A DNA stretch of 62,856 nucleotides from an uncultured Gammaproteobacteria bacterium (lineage in GTDB: Bacteria > Patescibacteriota > Microgenomatia > CAZETR01 > Amesbacteraceae), in the NCBI GenBank assembly GCA_964356225.1, contig CAYHGA010000004.1, positions 1 through 62,856 on the forward strand, in the 5' to 3' direction. The notes below the pieces were generated by a model. The model was not told the origin of the DNA and did no database searches. It saw only the letters and a list, made by a program, of their open reading frames with translations. Each line of letters opens with the position of its first letter. The stretch's first letter is position 1. Positions 59,984-62,856 of the stretch are shown here, one piece after another. The position numbers and the translations under genes were made by a program.

Positions 59984-60369
59984 GGTAATAATCCCAGATA
60001 CTTATCAAATAATTTTTCCCCGGATTCCATCCAGGTTTTGGTGTATTTCGGCGTGGCCTTTTGATGAAGTTTTAATTTAAAGATGTCGTATCTGGCCGCT
60101 ATATTGAATGTAGAAATTTCATCCAGCTCGAGTTTTTCTGATTCAGATGCCTCAATTCCTGCCTTGGTGGCCAATTTGTACAGATCATGAATAAATAACG
60201 AAGGTTCATGCTTAAGATGTTGGTGGACTCCTTTGATAATTTTTTCTATGGCTAAATGGAGAAAAAACAGGGCATGGGCATATTTACCTTGTTTGAATAG
60301 ATCTTCGCCGAGTTTTATATCTTCAATTGCACTTGATTTCCATGCCTGCACGGCGTCCAGTTCTGTCAT
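59980..60369 (-). CDS. HEPN domain protein
   Basis: ALFFLHLAIEKIIKG, HDLYKL and ARY motifs; ATG at 60369; coupled to the MNT gene. Confidence 0.88.
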   Translation of the reverse strand: MTELDAVQAWKSSAIEDIKLGEDLFKQGKYAHALFFLHLAIEKIIKGVHQHLKHEPSLFIHDLYKLATKAGIEASESEKLELDEISTFNIAARYDIFKLKLHQKATPKYTKTWMESGEKLFDKYLGLLP

Positions 60370-60385
60370 AAGTATAGTATACCAT

Positions 60386-61438
60386 TTAGGGAGCAAATTC
60401 CTGCCAGCGGCGGTGTTGTTCCCAAAGTGTTGTCGGCAGGGCGGTAATGTACTCCGGATGGTATATGAATTTCTCGGCCGGCTGGGTAGCACTGGCCAAA
60501 GTCCGGGCCAGAGTTACGCTGCCCAGACCGACCACGGTCCCGTCCACCTGTAAAGCCGTATTGCTGGCACCGGTGTTGAATATATTTTGGGCCAAATATA
60601 TGCCTTGCAAGGCGCTGACCGTCCCGGCCAGGGTAATGTTGTTTTTGGCCAGGACCACCAGCAGTCCCCCGCCGGACAGGGAGATATTCCCTCCCACTTT
60701 TACGTTCCCGCTGTCGCCGTCTATCAGGAGCACAATCTTTTTGGATATGGTCTGGGTAGGGAGGGTGATTTCTAAGGCACTGGAACTTGTGAAGTAACAG
60801 GCCCCGTCGGCTTCTGGAGCCGAACAAGAAAAGTCCAGATTGTCCAGAAAAGAGATGTTTTTGGGTACGACCCTGTTGGTGATGCGGATTTTGAATTTGG
60901 CGTAGCTGTTTTTCTGGATCACGGAGGGGGACAGGGCGGAGTTAACCTGCCAGCCGTCCACCTGAGAAGCGGTGATGCCGGAGGAGTTGCCGGCATATAT
61001 CATGGCGGCGTCGGGAGAAGCCAGGAACTTGCTTCCAGCGGGCACACCCGGGCCGGAGACCGAAATGTCTCCCGTGGCGGCCACCACGTCCCCGCCTACC
61101 ACCTGGAACCAGGAAGAAGAAGGAGCCGTCAGGGTAAAGGAGCGGACGGGGGTTTCTGCACTGGTACCCCAGGCGTCATTGGTGGCGGCCACTTTCCAGT
61201 AATATGTGCTACCGGGGGTGCCGGTGGAATAAGTCGTGGAACGGATGTCTGGATTTATTATCGTACTCCATAGTGGGGGAGGGTTGGAACCCAGATACAC
61301 TTTAAATTGACGATTGGGGCTGGTGTAGCACCGGTTTCCCCAGTTGGTGAGCGACCAGCTTAATATTACCGGAGAGCCGACAGTGCTTCCATTGGCCGGG
61401 GAAGAAAGGGCCAGACCGGCAGGGAGGGAGTTGGCGCA
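60386..61438. repeat. Dispersed direct repeat, copy 2 (partner 1080..2132)
   Basis: See copy 1. Confidence 0.9.
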
Positions 61439-62284
61439 GAGAGTGAAAGTCCGGAAGGGACGGGCCCGGGGTGAAACGACGGTGGCGGATTTTCTGGCCA
61501 CGACGGTCCAGCAATATGAACCGCCGCTGCCGGTAAAATTGTATGCGGTGCCGGCGGTGTTGGTTTGAACGGTGTTGGGAAACGAGGAAAAGGTACAGGC
61601 CCCGGGGTCCACAAAGACCCGGAAACTTTTGAGCGTGCCGGGGCAAGTCCCCCAGTCAGCCAGGGTTTCCCTCCAACTCAGAGAAGCCGTCAGGCCGGAG
61701 ATGTTGGCATTGTCAGACGGAGTCAACAATGTGGGGGCTGCCGGCAGGGTACATGACGGGGGTGTGGGTGTGGGGCCGGGGCCGCCGCAGTTTTTGGATC
61801 CCCAGGCGCAGTCGGCTCCTCCGTTGCTGCATCTGCCGCAGGCCGTCCCGGAACAGGTATTGGTGCAATTATTCGGAGACGCAAACTCATTACACGTCCC
61901 GCACCCGGGAGGAGGGGTAGGAGTAGGCGTGGGAGTGGGTGTGGGGCCTAGTATGTTACATGGAGCATTGCTTTGGGAACAACCACAAAAACCCCCGACT
62001 GGATTGCAAGTATCGTTCGAGGAACAAAAATTTACCGACTTACATTGTCCTTCTTGAATAGAGCAACTTACCACTTCACCTGCCCCTCCAGGTGCAATAT
62101 GGGGGGCGCCACAATCTCCATTAATGTCGGGTGGATCGCACATATAGCGGTCAATGCGTATTGAACCACATGATTGGGCAGAAACTTTTGATACTCCCAA
62201 GAATCCTCCCAACAAGGTAGCAATCAAAAGAAAAAACCACAACCGACTCATAGAATACATGATAGACGCAACTACCACCAACAA
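60386..62284 (-). CDS. Large secreted Cys-rich surface protein, copy 2
   Basis: 632 aa; signal peptide, Cys-rich N-terminus, two FN3-like domains; C-terminal about 350 aa paralogous to 1080..3104. Confidence 0.85.
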   Translation of the reverse strand: MLVVVASIMYSMSRLWFFLLIATLLGGFLGVSKVSAQSCGSIRIDRYMCDPPDINGDCGAPHIAPGGAGEVVSCSIQEGQCKSVNFCSSNDTCNPVGGFCGCSQSNAPCNILGPTPTPTPTPTPPPGCGTCNEFASPNNCTNTCSGTACGRCSNGGADCAWGSKNCGGPGPTPTPPSCTLPAAPTLLTPSDNANISGLTASLSWRETLADWGTCPGTLKSFRVFVDPGACTFSSFPNTVQTNTAGTAYNFTGSGGSYCWTVVARKSATVVSPRARPFRTFTLCANSLPAGLALSSPANGSTVGSPVILSWSLTNWGNRCYTSPNRQFKVYLGSNPPPLWSTIINPDIRSTTYSTGTPGSTYYWKVAATNDAWGTSAETPVRSFTLTAPSSSWFQVVGGDVVAATGDISVSGPGVPAGSKFLASPDAAMIYAGNSSGITASQVDGWQVNSALSPSVIQKNSYAKFKIRITNRVVPKNISFLDNLDFSCSAPEADGACYFTSSSALEITLPTQTISKKIVLLIDGDSGNVKVGGNISLSGGGLLVVLAKNNITLAGTVSALQGIYLAQNIFNTGASNTALQVDGTVVGLGSVTLARTLASATQPAEKFIYHPEYITALPTTLWEQHRRWQEFAP

Positions 62285-62293
62285 TCAACTACT

Positions 62294-62856
62294 CTAGTTA
62301 ATTTGGTAGGCAATCACTTCACCATCCAGATCAACGAAATTACCAGAATTGGATACAACCTCTTGTTTTAGTGTCTCTACCTTAATTGGGGTCAACTCAG
62401 CATATTGTTGGCATGCCTCACCACCACCAATTGTATCTGCTACCAACGGAGCATCGACTCTATTGGCAGACAACAAAGCCAACGAATATTCTTGGCCTAT
62501 TTTCAAAGGTAACCTATGAATGTAGGATCCATTAATCTTATCTGGTTTGCAGGCATTATAAGTAACATGCAGAAAATTGGTTTTGCCTGCATAAGAATAA
62601 GTGAAGACCAAGTCCATTTTTCCAAGAGGGTCTGCATTTGCATCGTAGTCAATAAGTTTTAATCCTGCAATTGTAGACAAATCAAGATTCAAACCATTGA
62701 TAATATCTGTCGAATTTTTACCAACTTGCAAATACCCATCTAACCTACCACTCCAGTTTACGGGGATTATTTTGTTAGATTTCAGTATCTGGTTGTACTC
62801 AGCTGCAGTTTTTACATGCCAGGGTTCTGGTGTTGGTTCGGACTGTTTGGTTTCAG
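62294..62856 (-). CDS. Hypothetical protein, 5' end beyond the window
   Basis: Frame of the 62294..62731 ORF stays open to the window end (ETKQSEPTPEPWHVK...). Confidence 0.55.
   Translation of the reverse strand, partial: ETKQSEPTPEPWHVKTAAEYNQILKSNKIIPVNWSGRLDGYLQVGKNSTDIINGLNLDLSTIAGLKLIDYDANADPLGKMDLVFTYSYAGKTNFLHVTYNACKPDKINGSYIHRLPLKIGQEYSLALLSANRVDAPLVADTIGGGEACQQYAELTPIKVETLKQEVVSNSGNFVDLDGEVIAYQIN

Overview
Chromosomal window of a small-genome bacterium, inferred to be Patescibacteria/CPR (Microgenomates-like) from its shortened core proteins, gene content and surface-protein family; genetic code 11. The core backbone carries ychF-rpsF-ssb-rpsR, a S41 protease, rpmE-prfA, hisS, dnaB, efp, yebC, a xer-like recombinase, gyrB-hppA-gyrA, a holB-like gene, a type IV pilus locus, tRNA-His(GUG) and tRNA-Leu(CAA). 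Three visibly AT-rich cassettes interrupt it. (1) An isoprenoid cassette (polyprenyl synthase, uppS, Nudix, isopentenyl-phosphate kinase, idi) lies between two identical 43-bp promoter-containing repeats. (2) An ATP-grasp/HAD/DUF3800 block lies between tRNA-His and hisS, with a duplicated hisS 5' end. (3) A cluster encodes an AlkP-family hydrolase, an archaeal-type SAM synthetase, a motif-degenerate GluRS paralog and a peptidase E. The strongest unusual signal is a T-box riboswitch whose first downstream gene is tRNA-His itself; its candidate His specifier (CAC) and its discriminator-pairing base both match that tRNA. Other signals: heptamer tandem repeats inside many core genes, two mosaic surface-protein paralogs 59.3 kb apart, a RAYT transposase with a REP-like palindrome, and several genes broken by internal deletions. 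All calls are from motif reading and manual alignment; no searches were run.
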